DNA of 64,000 nt from Methanotrichaceae archaeon (GCA_963754945.1 CAVWIG010000024.1:32001-96000); one strand, 5' to 3'. Positions 17,395 to 27,815 are shown, numbered from the stretch's first letter. Notes: generated by a model not told the origin, from the letters alone. A program made the numbers and translations.

Positions 17395-19425
17395 CTACCT
17401 TACCTTTGTTCCCGGCTCTACCCTTTCCTGCGGTCTTAACAGCAATGCCTTTCCGCCGATATCGGCTGCCAGGAGCATTGCCTGTGATTCCACGCCGAAG
17501 AGCTTAGCGCGCTCCAGGTTGGCTACGACCACAGCCTGGGTTCCCACCAGGTCCTCAGGCGTGTAGGTCTCGGCAATGCCTGCAACCACCTGTCTCTTCT
17601 CTGTTCCTATGTCCACTATGATCTTGAGAAGCTTATTGGAGCCCTTGATCCTCTCAGCCTCTTTTATCTCTCCCACCCTCAGGTCTATGCCCTTGAACTG
17701 CTCAAAGGAAATGGTCTCCATTAACTTGTTCTTCTCCTTTTTGTCTTTTGATTCTGCCTGGTTCATCCTCTCTTTGAAGATGTCGTCCAGTTCTTTGATC
17801 GTCGCATCCTCCATCCTGACAAAGAGGATCTCCGGCTTTCCCAGCCTATGTCCCTCAGGCACAGGAACGACGGCATCAACAAACCGTTGGGCCTCTACGG
17901 TCCCTTCCAACCCCAACTGTCTCCAGGCTGCCTCCATCTTGGTGGGCATGACCGGGTCCATAAGGATGACAAGCGCCTTGGCGATCTGAAGGCACGATCG
18001 CAGCACGGGTCCTGCCAGCTCTTTGTCGGCCTTCACGAGCTTCCAGGGCTCGTGGGACTGGAAGTAGGTGTTACCGTAATCGGCCAGGGTCATCACAGTA
18101 TCAATGGCCTTCTTGAACTCGTACTCCTCCAGGCCAGATGTTACCTCCCTGGTCGTTCCAACAATCCTCGAGATGACCTCGGGATCTATCTCTCCTGGCG
18201 GCACCATGTTGTCGAAGTTCTTGATTGTAAAAGTAAGGGTTCTGTTCAGGAAGTTGCCGAAGGCTCCGGCAAGCTCAGTGTTCACCTTATCCCCAAAGAT
18301 CTTCCAGGCGAAGTTGACCTCCTTGTTGTGAGCGGTGTAGCTTGCAAGGTAATACCTGAGAAGGTCGGGGTGCAATCCACGATCCAGGTAGTCGTCCTTG
18401 ACCCAGATCACATAGCCTCGGCTCTTGGAGAACTTCTTGTCGTCGATCTTGAGCATTCCGCTGGCCACGACCGCCGATGGCAGTGTGTATCCAGCCCCTT
18501 TGAGCATTGCCGGCCAGAAGATGCAGTGATGGTAGACTATATCGCCACCGATGAAGTGGACGATCTTTGCCCCGTCCAGCCAGTACTCTTTCCAGTCCCT
18601 GTTGTTTTGGGCGCACCACTCCTCTGTGAAGGCTATGTAGCCGATGGGTGCATCCACCCAGACGTAAACCACAAGATCGTCATGCTCTGGGAACTTGATC
18701 CCCCAGGACATGCTTCGAGTAATGCACCAGTCCTTCAGCTCCATTCGTACCCACTCGGATGCGTAGTTCCTGGCGCTTGCTGTTCCCCCCAGGGTCTCAA
18801 GGTACTTCAGGAGGAAGTCCTTGAACTCTGAGAGCTTGAAGAAGTAGTGGATCTGCTTTCTGTACTCGGCCTTTCCGCCGCAGACCTTACAGACGGCGTT
18901 CTTTATCTCACCGGGCTCGAGATGGCGGCCGCAGCCCATATCGCACTCGTCGCCCCGTGCGGAAACGCCGCAGTAGGGACAGATGCCTTCCACGTACCTG
19001 TCTGGCAGGAAGCGGACGCACGCCGGACAGTAGGCCAGCTCTATCTCCTTGGGGTAGACGTAGCCCTTCTCCACCAGCGTCTCGACAATCTCCCGGGTCC
19101 GATGGTGGCTTTCGGGATCATCTGTGTCGCCGAAGAAGTCTAACTTCACGTTCATGTCCTTGAAGACAGCGTCGAAGTGAGCGTGGTACTTGGCTACCAG
19201 CTCTTTTGGCGTTGTCCCTTGAGCCTCGGCGTTGACTACGATTGGCGTTCCGTGAGCATCGGTGCCGCAGACGAAAAGGACGTCCTTGCCCATCTTTCTC
19301 ATGCCTCTTACAAAGATGTCCGCTGGTATGTAGGTTCTTAGGTGGCCTAGGTGGCAGGGGCCATTTGCATAGGGTAGGCCGCAGGTTACAAGGATACGAT
19401 CGTTGCCGGGAGACAATGAGAACAC
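17395..19425 (-). CDS. metG: Methionine--tRNA ligase
   Basis: LPYANG..HLGH, Zn knuckles, KFSKS, C-terminal Trbp/EMAP domain. Confidence 0.97.
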   Translation of the reverse strand: MFSLSPGNDRILVTCGLPYANGPCHLGHLRTYIPADIFVRGMRKMGKDVLFVCGTDAHGTPIVVNAEAQGTTPKELVAKYHAHFDAVFKDMNVKLDFFGDTDDPESHHRTREIVETLVEKGYVYPKEIELAYCPACVRFLPDRYVEGICPYCGVSARGDECDMGCGRHLEPGEIKNAVCKVCGGKAEYRKQIHYFFKLSEFKDFLLKYLETLGGTASARNYASEWVRMELKDWCITRSMSWGIKFPEHDDLVVYVWVDAPIGYIAFTEEWCAQNNRDWKEYWLDGAKIVHFIGGDIVYHHCIFWPAMLKGAGYTLPSAVVASGMLKIDDKKFSKSRGYVIWVKDDYLDRGLHPDLLRYYLASYTAHNKEVNFAWKIFGDKVNTELAGAFGNFLNRTLTFTIKNFDNMVPPGEIDPEVISRIVGTTREVTSGLEEYEFKKAIDTVMTLADYGNTYFQSHEPWKLVKADKELAGPVLRSCLQIAKALVILMDPVMPTKMEAAWRQLGLEGTVEAQRFVDAVVPVPEGHRLGKPEILFVRMEDATIKELDDIFKERMNQAESKDKKEKNKLMETISFEQFKGIDLRVGEIKEAERIKGSNKLLKIIVDIGTEKRQVVAGIAETYTPEDLVGTQAVVVANLERAKLFGVESQAMLLAADIGGKALLLRPQERVEPGTKVR

Positions 19426-19512
19426 CGCCTACTGGTATGCGTAACAGGGAGATATATGTTTCCCAACCACCAGAAATATATTGGCTAAATTGAATTATAT
19501 AAATAGTTTAAA

Positions 19513-19731
19513 CTAGCCTCTCAGGGCTTGCCACAGCAGGATAATCAGTACAACCACCGGAAACACCAGGGTTATGAGCAGCGTCCAGGAGCCGAACCTC
19601 TCAGCCACGATGCACCAGTGCTCGCACAGCCTGCCGCCTGTGCACCCTCCGCAGACCAGATTGCACCACCAACGGGTGAGGGGCGAGTTGGCCACCTTCC
19701 AGTCCTTGCATTTTGCAGGAATCCTGCCCAT
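19513..19731 (-). CDS. Small Cys-rich membrane protein
   Basis: TTTATA box just upstream; CxxxCxxC..CxxxC followed by a C-terminal TM helix. Confidence 0.5.
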   Translation of the reverse strand: MGRIPAKCKDWKVANSPLTRWWCNLVCGGCTGGRLCEHWCIVAERFGSWTLLITLVFPVVVLIILLWQALRG

Positions 19732-19836
19732 AGAACAACGCTTTCGTCCTTGATGATATAAAGAGTCTGCTGACTCTATTGATTAACTTTATAGGCTAAG
19801 GGTGCTCTATAACCGAGACTATTCGGTGGCGGTGCT

Positions 19837-20016
19837 ATGGTAATAAGGGTCAAAGCCAGATACGAGGACAAGGTGCTGAAGCCTCTTCGGGACATCAAAC
19901 TGCGAGAGGGCGAGGAGGTAGAGATTGAGGTCCGGAGGCCCCCTGTTGATGAGTTTCACGGGCGGCTGAAGATAGATGAAAAGACAGCCGATGAGATTGT
20001 CGATATGGAGTTGTAG
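19837..20016 (+). CDS. AF2212/DUF104-type antitoxin, 59 aa (absent from the ORF track)
   Basis: Translates MVIRVKARYEDKVLKPLRDIKLREGEEVEIEV...; directly upstream of a PIN gene. Confidence 0.85.
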   Translation: MVIRVKARYEDKVLKPLRDIKLREGEEVEIEVRRPPVDEFHGRLKIDEKTADEIVDMEL

Positions 20017-20018
20017 GA

Positions 20019-20510
20019 TTGAAGCTAACAGAGATACCTGATGGTGAGAAGGTTTTCTTAGACGCAAACATATTCCTTTACTCTGCCTTCGATCACCCAA
20101 CCTTCGGCCGGAATTGCAGAGATCTTCTTACCCGTGTGGAAAATAAGGAGATCAAGGGTTGTTCTTCAGACTTCGTCCTGAGCGAGGTTTTCCACAAGCT
20201 CACTGTGGCAGAGATAGCAAGTGTCTACGGAGTCGAAGTCCGGAAGGCAAAGAAGCTGTTCAAAGAAAGGCCTGAGATAATCGATGAGCTGAAGATCGTC
20301 TGGGTGGAGATGGAACTCATAAAGAGCTTCAATCTCGGCCTGTTGGAAGGAGCGCTTTTCCCTGATTTCGTAGTGCTGTCCAGGAGATACAGCCTGATGG
20401 CAGCAGATGCAATCCACCTTTCGATGATGAGGCTGAACGAAGTAACTAACATCGCCACCAACAACAACGATTTCGAGAGGGTGGAGGGGATAACTCAGTG
20501 GAAACCGTAA
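20019..20510 (+). CDS. VapC-like PIN-domain toxin
   Basis: VFLDANIFLY, VLSEV, ADAIHL, ATNNNDFERV. Confidence 0.88.
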   Translation: MKLTEIPDGEKVFLDANIFLYSAFDHPTFGRNCRDLLTRVENKEIKGCSSDFVLSEVFHKLTVAEIASVYGVEVRKAKKLFKERPEIIDELKIVWVEMELIKSFNLGLLEGALFPDFVVLSRRYSLMAADAIHLSMMRLNEVTNIATNNNDFERVEGITQWKP

Positions 20511-20582
20511 GATTTCGTCCCTTTGTAAGAGGGTCTTGAGAGAGCCAAACGGAGTTTACTGGACGTATCGGAGGGAGCTAAA

Positions 20583-21260
20583 ATTACAAGACAGAGTTCA
20601 AGTGGAACCTGCTGCTTCTGCAAAGGCAACTTTGCCAAATCGGCGATGGCAAGGCATCTGAAGTCCTGTAAGGTCAGAGCTGAAGAGAACGATAAGCTGG
20701 CAATCAAGGGCACCGCCAAAGGCAGCACCAGTAGGACAATCCTTCATCTTCAGGTGGAAGGCCGCGACCGGCCGATGTACTGGATGCATATTGAAATCCC
20801 GGCGAATGCGACTCTGGAGGACCTGGACAGTTTTCTGCGTCAGATCTGGCTGGAGTGTTGCGGCCACCTCAGCAGCTTTGAGATAGGAGGCGGCACATTC
20901 ATTTCAGAAAAGATGGAGCCCGGCGACAGGAGCATGAAAATCGCCCTTGGAAAAGTGATCGTCCCGGGGATGAAGTTCGAGCACCTCTACGACTTCGGAA
21001 CCTCGACAGAGCTTCTACTTAAATTGGTCTCAGTTAGGGAAGGCCTGGCACAGGGCAAGGCTGTCAAGGTCCTGGCCAGAAACGATCCTCCAGACATTAA
21101 ATGCCAATGCGGCAAGCAGGCCACAGCCGTATGCTGTGAGTGCACCGACGATGCCGCTTGGGTCTGCGAGGAGTGCGCTGGTAAGCACGAGTGCGGAGAG
21201 GATATGCTCCTGCCGGTCGTCAACTCTCCTCGGGTCGGGATGTGCGGCTACACTGGATAG
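20583..21260 (+). CDS. pRiA4b ORF-3-like protein with N- and C-terminal Zn fingers
   Basis: TLEDLDSFLRQIWLECCGHLSSF and YDFG motifs; frame is open upstream of ATG 20646 to an ATT at 20583 with GGAGG SD. Confidence 0.75.
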   Translation: MTRQSSSGTCCFCKGNFAKSAMARHLKSCKVRAEENDKLAIKGTAKGSTSRTILHLQVEGRDRPMYWMHIEIPANATLEDLDSFLRQIWLECCGHLSSFEIGGGTFISEKMEPGDRSMKIALGKVIVPGMKFEHLYDFGTSTELLLKLVSVREGLAQGKAVKVLARNDPPDIKCQCGKQATAVCCECTDDAAWVCEECAGKHECGEDMLLPVVNSPRVGMCGYTG

Positions 21261-21414
21261 CGATACGGATAGTCGGCAAAAGGGGGGAGGCAAGGTAATT
21301 TAGAAACCAGAATCGGAAGCTTACCCATGCCGAGCACTCATAGATTAGAGCCAGCTTTTGAAGTCATAAAAGAAAGAAGGCAAAAGCGTATAACCGCTGA
21401 TATCTAAAGGATTA

Positions 21415-21786
21415 TCACTTGTAACTGTGCAGGCCGACGCTATTCCCCTCGGTGTCCATTATCATTGCTATCCAGCCCATATCGCCTATCTTAAGTTTCG
21501 GTGTGACGATCTTTCCGCCGGACTTTTCTACTCTTCCAATTACCTCATCGAGTATTCCCTGACAACTCAGGTAAACGCGTGTGCCGTTGGCGCATGGCTT
21601 TGCTCCCAATCCCGGAGGCACTATGTCGCCGCCAACACCTTCCATTCCTTCCATGGGGAAGAAACCGAGCTTTTGCCCCATGAATGTGTCCACGCGGATC
21701 TGTTGGCCTAGAATGTCAGAATAGAACTTAACCGCACGATCAAAATCCTCGGTTGGGATGTCAAACCAAGTTATTGCGTTTTTCAT
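21415..21786 (-). CDS. VOC/glyoxalase family protein, copy 1
   Basis: WFDIPTEDFDRAVKFYS...GGKIV......DTEGNSVGLH; ATG at 21786. Confidence 0.9.
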   Translation of the reverse strand: MKNAITWFDIPTEDFDRAVKFYSDILGQQIRVDTFMGQKLGFFPMEGMEGVGGDIVPPGLGAKPCANGTRVYLSCQGILDEVIGRVEKSGGKIVTPKLKIGDMGWIAMIMDTEGNSVGLHSYK

Positions 21787-21871
21787 AGTAGTAATAGGAC
21801 TTGTGATGCTATAAATGTTTCTAAATTTTTGAAGAAGTATCCACGCGGTTTTTGATATCTTTTTCGTCCTC

Positions 21872-21978
21872 AAGAACAGCTTCATCAGCTCCTCGGCGAT
21901 TATCCGGTAGCCCGCCTCGTTTGGATGATCCAGCCCTGGAATGATCAACGACTTAATGGAGTTCCCTTGCGCACGCGC
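21872..21978 (-). pseudogene. Duplicated 3' fragment of the SGNH hydrolase gene
   Basis: Encodes SLIIPGLDHPNEAGYRIIAEELMKLF, identical in protein to the end of 25114-25731. Confidence 0.85.
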
Positions 21979-22082
21979 TTCGTTGTAAGAGGGCCGGGGA
22001 GAATCCGAAAGAGAAGACGAGTTGGTAAAGGGCGCTACCAGAGGCAGTGCCAGAAGGCCAGAAGGCAATCCTTTATCTATAA

Positions 22083-23171
22083 TAGGACTTACGCAGTTGA
22101 ATCTTTCGACAATGAATAATAAGGATATTTTATATATTCGCGAATTGACTCGCGAATAATTCTTCGCTTAGATTCGAACCAACTTATTCCTATTCTAAGC
22201 CTTTCTACTTCTAATCTGAGAAACGCTCTCAGGGAGAACATTATGTGTGCTCTCTGGGACTGACTTTTTCTTGCTTGACAGCTTTCGACTCCACAGAATT
22301 GCTTTATGCCTCTGTGATATTCCTCAATCTTCCAGGAATATCCACCAAATTTTTCGCGTTTAGCTTCGTCTATCTCCAGCACGTCAGTTGCCCAGTATCC
22401 TATGTCACCGTCATTAGAGACTATCCGGAATACTTTTATAAAACCATAAGCTTTTAAATGCACTTCCCTGCCTTGCAACGGTATCTCTATCTCCTGAATT
22501 TGCATATTTTTGGTGTTATTCGGATTCACTAGCCTATTTTTCTTCAATCGGGTCAGCCAGTGCCATCCAGACTTTCGTATGGTTTTGAGATTATCTACAC
22601 TGGCATACCAGCTATCGAAGAGAACAATACGGGGCTGAAAACGCCGTTCTTTTGCTTTGGCAAGCATATCTCGAAAATGATCATTTTTTGTCTTGCCGTC
22701 GACATCTATATCGTAGATTCGGAAATCAACGGGAATTATAGCGTTTCCATCTGTCCACAGCAACGTACAAATATTGATTCCATTCACCAATCGATGCTGT
22801 TTTCCACTCCATTGATGATAGACTAGGCTCATATTTTTAGCATATGGCTTGTCCAACGTCGTATCGTCAATAACCAAGAAACCATTTTGAGGCTGAACAA
22901 TATCCTTTACCTCATTCCACAACGTATCCGTATCTGGAGGCTGTCTTTGTAGAAGACGGGTAAATGCATCATGCGATGGACTATTTTCTCCTACTGGCTG
23001 GCACCTTGCAGCCTCAGTACAGGTAAAAACATCTACTGATGCTATCAGAAAGTGAATATAATCAAGATCATCGCACTTGGAAGGATTCAAGTTCAGCCCT
23101 ATCCCATTTATTTGTTGGTATTAATATAGCATATGCAATATAAGAAGATTCTGCCAAGTGCGTAAGTCCTA
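22083..23171 (-). mobile_element. IS701-family element, copy 1 (1089 bp)
   Basis: TIR TAGGACTTACGCA; 5-bp TSD TATAA; second copy at 35712-36800. Confidence 0.92.
22089..23090 (-). CDS. IS701-family DDE transposase
   Basis: LVIDDTTLDKPY, VLFDSWY, WKIEEYHRGIKQ. Confidence 0.92.
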   Translation of the reverse strand: MNPSKCDDLDYIHFLIASVDVFTCTEAARCQPVGENSPSHDAFTRLLQRQPPDTDTLWNEVKDIVQPQNGFLVIDDTTLDKPYAKNMSLVYHQWSGKQHRLVNGINICTLLWTDGNAIIPVDFRIYDIDVDGKTKNDHFRDMLAKAKERRFQPRIVLFDSWYASVDNLKTIRKSGWHWLTRLKKNRLVNPNNTKNMQIQEIEIPLQGREVHLKAYGFIKVFRIVSNDGDIGYWATDVLEIDEAKREKFGGYSWKIEEYHRGIKQFCGVESCQARKSQSQRAHIMFSLRAFLRLEVERLRIGISWFESKRRIIRESIREYIKYPYYSLSKDSTA

Positions 23172-23221
23172 TATAAGAAAAGAAGGCAATAGCGTATACG
23201 CCGCTGATACCTAAAGGATTA

Positions 23222-23590
23222 TCATTTGGAACTGTGCAGGCCGACGGTATTTCCCTCAGTGTCCATGATAATTGCTCTCCACCCCATATCGCCGAGCTTA
23301 AATTTCGGAGCGATGATCTTTCCGCCGGACTTCTCTACTCTTCCGATGACCTCATCGAGTATTCCCTGGCAACTCAAGTAAACGCGAGTACCATTGGCGC
23401 AGGGCTTTCCCCATTTCGGGAGCACTAAGTCGCCGCCAACACCTTCCATTCCATCCATAGGGAAGAAGCCGAGCTTTTGCCCCATGAAGGTGTCGACGCG
23501 GATCGGTTGGCCGAGAATGTCAGAATAGAACTTCACAGCACGATCAAAATCCTCTGTAAAGATGTCGAACCAGGCTATTGAGTCTTTCAT
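23222..23590 (-). CDS. VOC/glyoxalase family protein, copy 2
   Basis: Close paralog of 21415-21786; ATG at 23590. Confidence 0.9.
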   Translation of the reverse strand: MKDSIAWFDIFTEDFDRAVKFYSDILGQPIRVDTFMGQKLGFFPMDGMEGVGGDLVLPKWGKPCANGTRVYLSCQGILDEVIGRVEKSGGKIIAPKFKLGDMGWRAIIMDTEGNTVGLHSSK

Positions 23591-23728
23591 AATGATAGTA
23601 ATAGGACTTGTGATGCTATAAATGTTTCTAAATTTTGAAAGAAGTGTTCCATTGAACAATAATGCAGAGACCGCAAGGTAGTGTGCCGAGATTTCTGTAA
23701 TTTGGAGTTGCCCTGTATCCCAACATAC

Positions 23729-24856
23729 TCAATCAGCATCCATAGATAAATACTTTTTAGCGGTCAGCCATTCTTCGTTGATATCGATGAGGATCGAAAC
23801 CCCTAACCTCATGAACGAGCTCTCACTTGGGAAGGCACCGACTACCCTGGATCTTCTTTTCAGCTCCTTGTTGATCCTCTCCAGCCCGTTTGTAGTCCGA
23901 ATCCTTCTCCAGTGACCTCTGGGGAATGCCCTGTAATTCCACAGACTGAATCTGAAGCGGTCGATAGTGTCAGCAGATTTCGCATAACCTCTTTCCCTCA
24001 ATTCTTTCGCTAAGTCCTGTATCTTGATTTCGTCTTCCAGAGCGATCTTGATCTTATCGGCGATCTCCTTATGATACTTCTTGGCAACGTTTCTCAAGAC
24101 CGCTCTTGAAAAGTGAACGTGACACATTTGCCATGAAGCACCAAGAAATGATTTCTCAACCGCTTTCTGGATTCCCTTATGACCATCTGATATCACGAGC
24201 TTTACTCCGGACAACCCACGATCCGCCAGATCTTGAAATAATCCCGACCAGAAGAGTTCATCTTCACTGTCAGCTATTCTTGCGCCAAGTATCTCGCGAT
24301 AACCGTCATCTCTAACACCTGTGACGATCATGAAAGCTTTGGTAACATATCTTGATTCTGTTCTTACTTTGAAGTAGCTTGCATCTACATAAAGATAAGG
24401 AATAGGACGTTCGATAGGTTTCTTCAGGAATTCTTCTACCTTCTCGTCAAGCTCTTTGGATATCCTGGAAACGCTAGAGGCAGATAAATTCTCGATGCCA
24501 AATCGAGAGACAATATCTTGGATTCTCCTGGTTGAAACCCCCTGGAGATACGATTCGAGTACAGCGTTGACCAAAGCCTTCTCTACGCGCGAAAATCTGT
24601 CGAACACCTTGGTTTCGAAGGAAATTTCACGGAATTGAGGTTTCTTGAGTCGGAGCTCTCCAACTCGCGTCTTCAGAGATCTTTCCTTGTAGCCATTCCT
24701 ATGTGCCTTTCGGGATTCGACTCTCTGATACGGTTCTGCATCTGCCTGTTGCGCCGCTTCTAGCTGCATTACAAGGTTCAAGAACCAGGTCAGAAGCTTC
24801 TTTAGTCCATCTTCCTGATCGATAAGGTAATCTTCCAAGAGTGCTATGGGTATCAT
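23729..24856 (-). CDS. IS256-family transposase
   Basis: RNGY..R.L.T..G, YLQGVSTR, VISDGHKG, WQMCHVHF, RTTN.LER.NKE.KRR; ATG 24856 follows AGGAGG. Confidence 0.93.
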   Translation of the reverse strand: MIPIALLEDYLIDQEDGLKKLLTWFLNLVMQLEAAQQADAEPYQRVESRKAHRNGYKERSLKTRVGELRLKKPQFREISFETKVFDRFSRVEKALVNAVLESYLQGVSTRRIQDIVSRFGIENLSASSVSRISKELDEKVEEFLKKPIERPIPYLYVDASYFKVRTESRYVTKAFMIVTGVRDDGYREILGARIADSEDELFWSGLFQDLADRGLSGVKLVISDGHKGIQKAVEKSFLGASWQMCHVHFSRAVLRNVAKKYHKEIADKIKIALEDEIKIQDLAKELRERGYAKSADTIDRFRFSLWNYRAFPRGHWRRIRTTNGLERINKELKRRSRVVGAFPSESSFMRLGVSILIDINEEWLTAKKYLSMDAD

Positions 24857-25068
24857 GGTCCTGTGTCCTCCTTTTCTCAAGATTGGATAGGATACAGGGC
24901 CGATAATCATTCTTATTATCAAAGTACAGAAAAATCGTTACACTGCCGTAATCTTCCAAGAGTGCTATGGGTATCATGGTCCTGTGTCCTCCTTTTCTCA
25001 AGATTGGATAGGATACAGGGCCGATAATCATTCTTATTATCAAAGTACAGAAAAATCGTTACACTGCC
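24827..25068. repeat. Exact 121-bp tandem duplication of the IS256 left end
   Basis: 24827-24947 equals 24948-25068. Confidence 0.95.
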
Positions 25069-25113
25069 GACCGCAATGAATTAGACTGTTTTAAATCCTT
25101 CCCGAGAATAGTA

Positions 25114-25731
25114 TTAGAATAGCTTCATCAGCTCCTCAGCTATTATCCTGTACCCTGCCTCATTAGGATGATCCAGGCCTGGAATGATCAACGAACTTAG
25201 AGGTGTCCCTTGGCGCACTCGATCCATCCAGGCTCCATAGACATCCACGAAACCAACGTCCATCTCCTTCGCAACCCGCTCGATAGCTTGATAGTAATCC
25301 AGGACCAGCCTGTCATAGGGCGGCGTCTCCAGAGGCTGAGAGGAGAGCAGCAATATCTCAGATGCAGGGCCTGACAGAATGCGCCTTATCATCTCCGCTA
25401 GGTTTGCCTCGAACTCCTCGAGCCCCAGGCCATAGACACAGTCGTTGATCCCAAAGTTGATGGTTACAAGATCAGGCTCGTAGGAGAGGACGGCCCAGTC
25501 CAGCCTGTAAAGGCCGTCCATGGTCGTGTCCCCTGAGACCCCTGAGTTGATCATCTCTATCCTGACGCCGGGATACTTCTGCACAAGCATCTCCTTCCAA
25601 AAAGTCGGAAATCCCCGCCGGACAGCGTACCCTGCAGTTATAGAGTCTCCGAAGACTACTATCGTCGCATCGCAGCCGTTATGGAGATCGGCTAGAGTCT
25701 TTTCGGCAAACCTCTTCGTCTCTTCTTCCAT
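25114..25731 (-). CDS. SGNH/GDSL hydrolase
   Basis: FGDSITAG, NSGVSG, FGINDC, DHPN..GY blocks. Confidence 0.92.
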   Translation of the reverse strand: MEEETKRFAEKTLADLHNGCDATIVVFGDSITAGYAVRRGFPTFWKEMLVQKYPGVRIEMINSGVSGDTTMDGLYRLDWAVLSYEPDLVTINFGINDCVYGLGLEEFEANLAEMIRRILSGPASEILLLSSQPLETPPYDRLVLDYYQAIERVAKEMDVGFVDVYGAWMDRVRQGTPLSSLIIPGLDHPNEAGYRIIAEELMKLF

Positions 25732-25744
25732 GCTGCAAAATTCT

Positions 25745-26530
25745 TCAGCAAACTATTGGAGCTTTGCTCTTATCGACTGCACTGATTGCCTCTTTCATAT
25801 CCCTGACCAGTTGCTCCAGGCGATCGATCTCTCCTTTGGCGATCAGGTCAACGCAGGCAGAACCTACGATGGCTGCATCCGCACCTGCTCTGATCACCTC
25901 TGCCGCCTGGGCAGGCGTGGAGATGCCAAAACCTACCGCCCTGGGAACGTTCCCGGGAACCCTTGTTATCAGGCTCTTGGTATCCTGGAGCACGTCTTTC
26001 CTGGCCCCGGTGACACCTGTTCTCGCCACCAAGTAGACGAACCCCGAGGTCTGGTCCAGGATCATTCGCATTCGATCAAGCGGCGTGTTGGGCGCTACAA
26101 GGAAGATCAGGTCCACGCCGTGGCAGATGCAGGCCTCCCGGAGAGGACCAGCTTCCTCCGGCGGTAGGTCGGGCACGATTAGGCCGGAAATACAGCTTTT
26201 GGCGCAATCGCTTGCGAACTTGTCCAGGCCTCGGGCGTAGATCATGTTGTAGTATCCCATGAATACCTTGGGAATGTCAACATCCATAGAAGCAACAGTT
26301 TCGAAGTAGACGTCTGTGTTCATCCCTGCGGCTATGGCCCTCTGGGCTGCTGCCTGGATGGTGGGGCCATCGGCTATGGGATCGGAGTGGGGTAGTCCCA
26401 GCTCTATTATGTCCGCGCCTGCCTCTGCAATCCTTTCTGCCAGGTCGACTGTAGCTTCAGGGCTAGGGTCTCCAGCGCAGATATAGACGATCAATAGAGG
26501 TTTATGCAGAAAAGCTTCAGAGATTCTCAT
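25745..26530 (-). CDS. trpA: Tryptophan synthase alpha chain
   Basis: [34 protein letters not shown]. Confidence 0.97.
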   Translation of the reverse strand: MRISEAFLHKPLLIVYICAGDPSPEATVDLAERIAEAGADIIELGLPHSDPIADGPTIQAAAQRAIAAGMNTDVYFETVASMDVDIPKVFMGYYNMIYARGLDKFASDCAKSCISGLIVPDLPPEEAGPLREACICHGVDLIFLVAPNTPLDRMRMILDQTSGFVYLVARTGVTGARKDVLQDTKSLITRVPGNVPRAVGFGISTPAQAAEVIRAGADAAIVGSACVDLIAKGEIDRLEQLVRDMKEAISAVDKSKAPIVC

Positions 26531-27719
26531 ATTCCATCACCGTTGCCAGATCTTTGTCGCCTCTGCCTGAGATATTTATGATCGCCAGGTCTCCTAGCGC
26601 CTCGGGCTCCCCAAGGGCGTACCCAACTGCGTGAGCAGATTCCAGCGCCGGGATTATGCCCTCCAGCTCGGAGAGCAGCCTGAAACCTGTTATTGCAGTT
26701 TTATCGTCAGCCATCCTGGGCTTGACGCGCCCAGTCTCAGCCAGATAGGCTAACTGTGGACCAACACCGGGGTAGTCCAGACCGGCAGCGACAGAATAGG
26801 ATTCCAGGATCTGGCCGTAGGGGTCCTGCAGGATCTTAGTAAGAGCCCCGTGGAGGACACCGTCATCCCCGCAGCCCAGGGATGCCCCATTGTCCGCAGT
26901 CTTGTCGGTCTTTCCCAAGCCCCTCCCACCAGCCTCAACGGCGATCAGATCAACATAGCTGTCATCCAGGAACGGGGCGAAGATCCCCATGGCATTGGAC
27001 CCGCCGCCAACACAGGCCACTATTGAGTCAGGTAGCCTGCCTTCGGCCTGCACGATCTGCTCCCTGGCCTCCTTTCCGATCACGCTCTGAAAGTCCCTGA
27101 CCATGCTAGGGAAGGGGTGGGGTCCGGCTGCCGTGCCCAATAGGTAGTGAGTGCTCTCGAAACTGGACGCCCAGTCCCTCATGGCCTCGTTTATGGCATC
27201 CTTGAGGGTTCGAGAGCCTGACTTGACCGGTATGACCTCGGCCCCCATCAACTCCATGCGGTAGACGTTCATCTTCTGGCGCTCGATGTCCACCTCACCC
27301 ATGTACACCTGAGTCTCGAACCCCAAGTTAGCCCCTACGATCGCTGTTGCCACACCGTGCTGTCCTGCTCCCGTCTCGGCTATCAGCCTGGTCTTGCCCA
27401 TGCGCTTTGCCACCAGTGCCTGGCCTAGAGTGTTGTTCAGCTTGTGAGCACCGCCGTGGACCAGGTCCTCACGCTTCAGGTAGACTTTCCGGCCCAGCTT
27501 CTCGCTGAGATTCCTGGCGTAGTACAGGGGCGTAGCCCTTCCTGCAAAATTCTTAAGCATGCCGTCCAGGTCGGCAGTAAACCCAGCATCCCCGCTCAAC
27601 CGTTCGTAAGCCTCTGCCAGCTCGGTCAGCGGCGGGATAAGAGTCTCGGGCACAAATAGCCCGCCATACCTCCCGAACTTCATCGTCTTGGGAATTTGAT
27701 CAGCAACCTGACATTTCAA
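26517..27719 (-). CDS. trpB: Tryptophan synthase beta chain
   Basis: [45 protein letters not shown]; start may be ATG 27683. Confidence 0.97.
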   Translation of the reverse strand: MKCQVADQIPKTMKFGRYGGLFVPETLIPPLTELAEAYERLSGDAGFTADLDGMLKNFAGRATPLYYARNLSEKLGRKVYLKREDLVHGGAHKLNNTLGQALVAKRMGKTRLIAETGAGQHGVATAIVGANLGFETQVYMGEVDIERQKMNVYRMELMGAEVIPVKSGSRTLKDAINEAMRDWASSFESTHYLLGTAAGPHPFPSMVRDFQSVIGKEAREQIVQAEGRLPDSIVACVGGGSNAMGIFAPFLDDSYVDLIAVEAGGRGLGKTDKTADNGASLGCGDDGVLHGALTKILQDPYGQILESYSVAAGLDYPGVGPQLAYLAETGRVKPRMADDKTAITGFRLLSELEGIIPALESAHAVGYALGEPEALGDLAIINISGRGDKDLATVMEYENL

Positions 27720-27735
27720 AGGATCACCGGCTTGA

Positions 27736-27781
27736 TGTATAACTTAGTACTATGATGTATGAAAAAGTACATTGTATTTAA
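27736..27781 (-). promoter_or_regulatory. trpBA promoter: TTAAATA box plus four TGTACA-like TRP boxes at 10-bp phase
   Basis: GTAY at 27737, 27747, 27757 and 27767, between the TATA box (27775-27781) and trpB. Confidence 0.7.
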
Positions 27782-27815
27782 GCCTTATCTTTCTCCTTTC
27801 TCCCAGCCTTCTTGT

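Larger units (their letters stand above)
23677..25068 (-). mobile_element. IS256-family element with a duplicated left end
   Basis: Imperfect TIRs GGTAGTGTGCCGAGATTTCTGTA / GGCAGTGTAACGATTTTTCTGTA; 8-bp TSD GACCGCAA (23669-76, 25069-76). Confidence 0.92.

Noticed and set aside
20011-20022. Pyrrolysine read-through of the antitoxin TAG
   Set aside because: Would add only two residues; no pyl genes seen; a point mutation is simpler
21787-22068. N-terminal extension making a 217-aa SGNH-VOC fusion
   Set aside because: Chance open frame across a gene remnant and a promoter; the paralog and TATA position support ATG 21786
24699-25043. 114-aa ORF sharing the transposase N-terminus
   Set aside because: By-product of the 121-bp duplication
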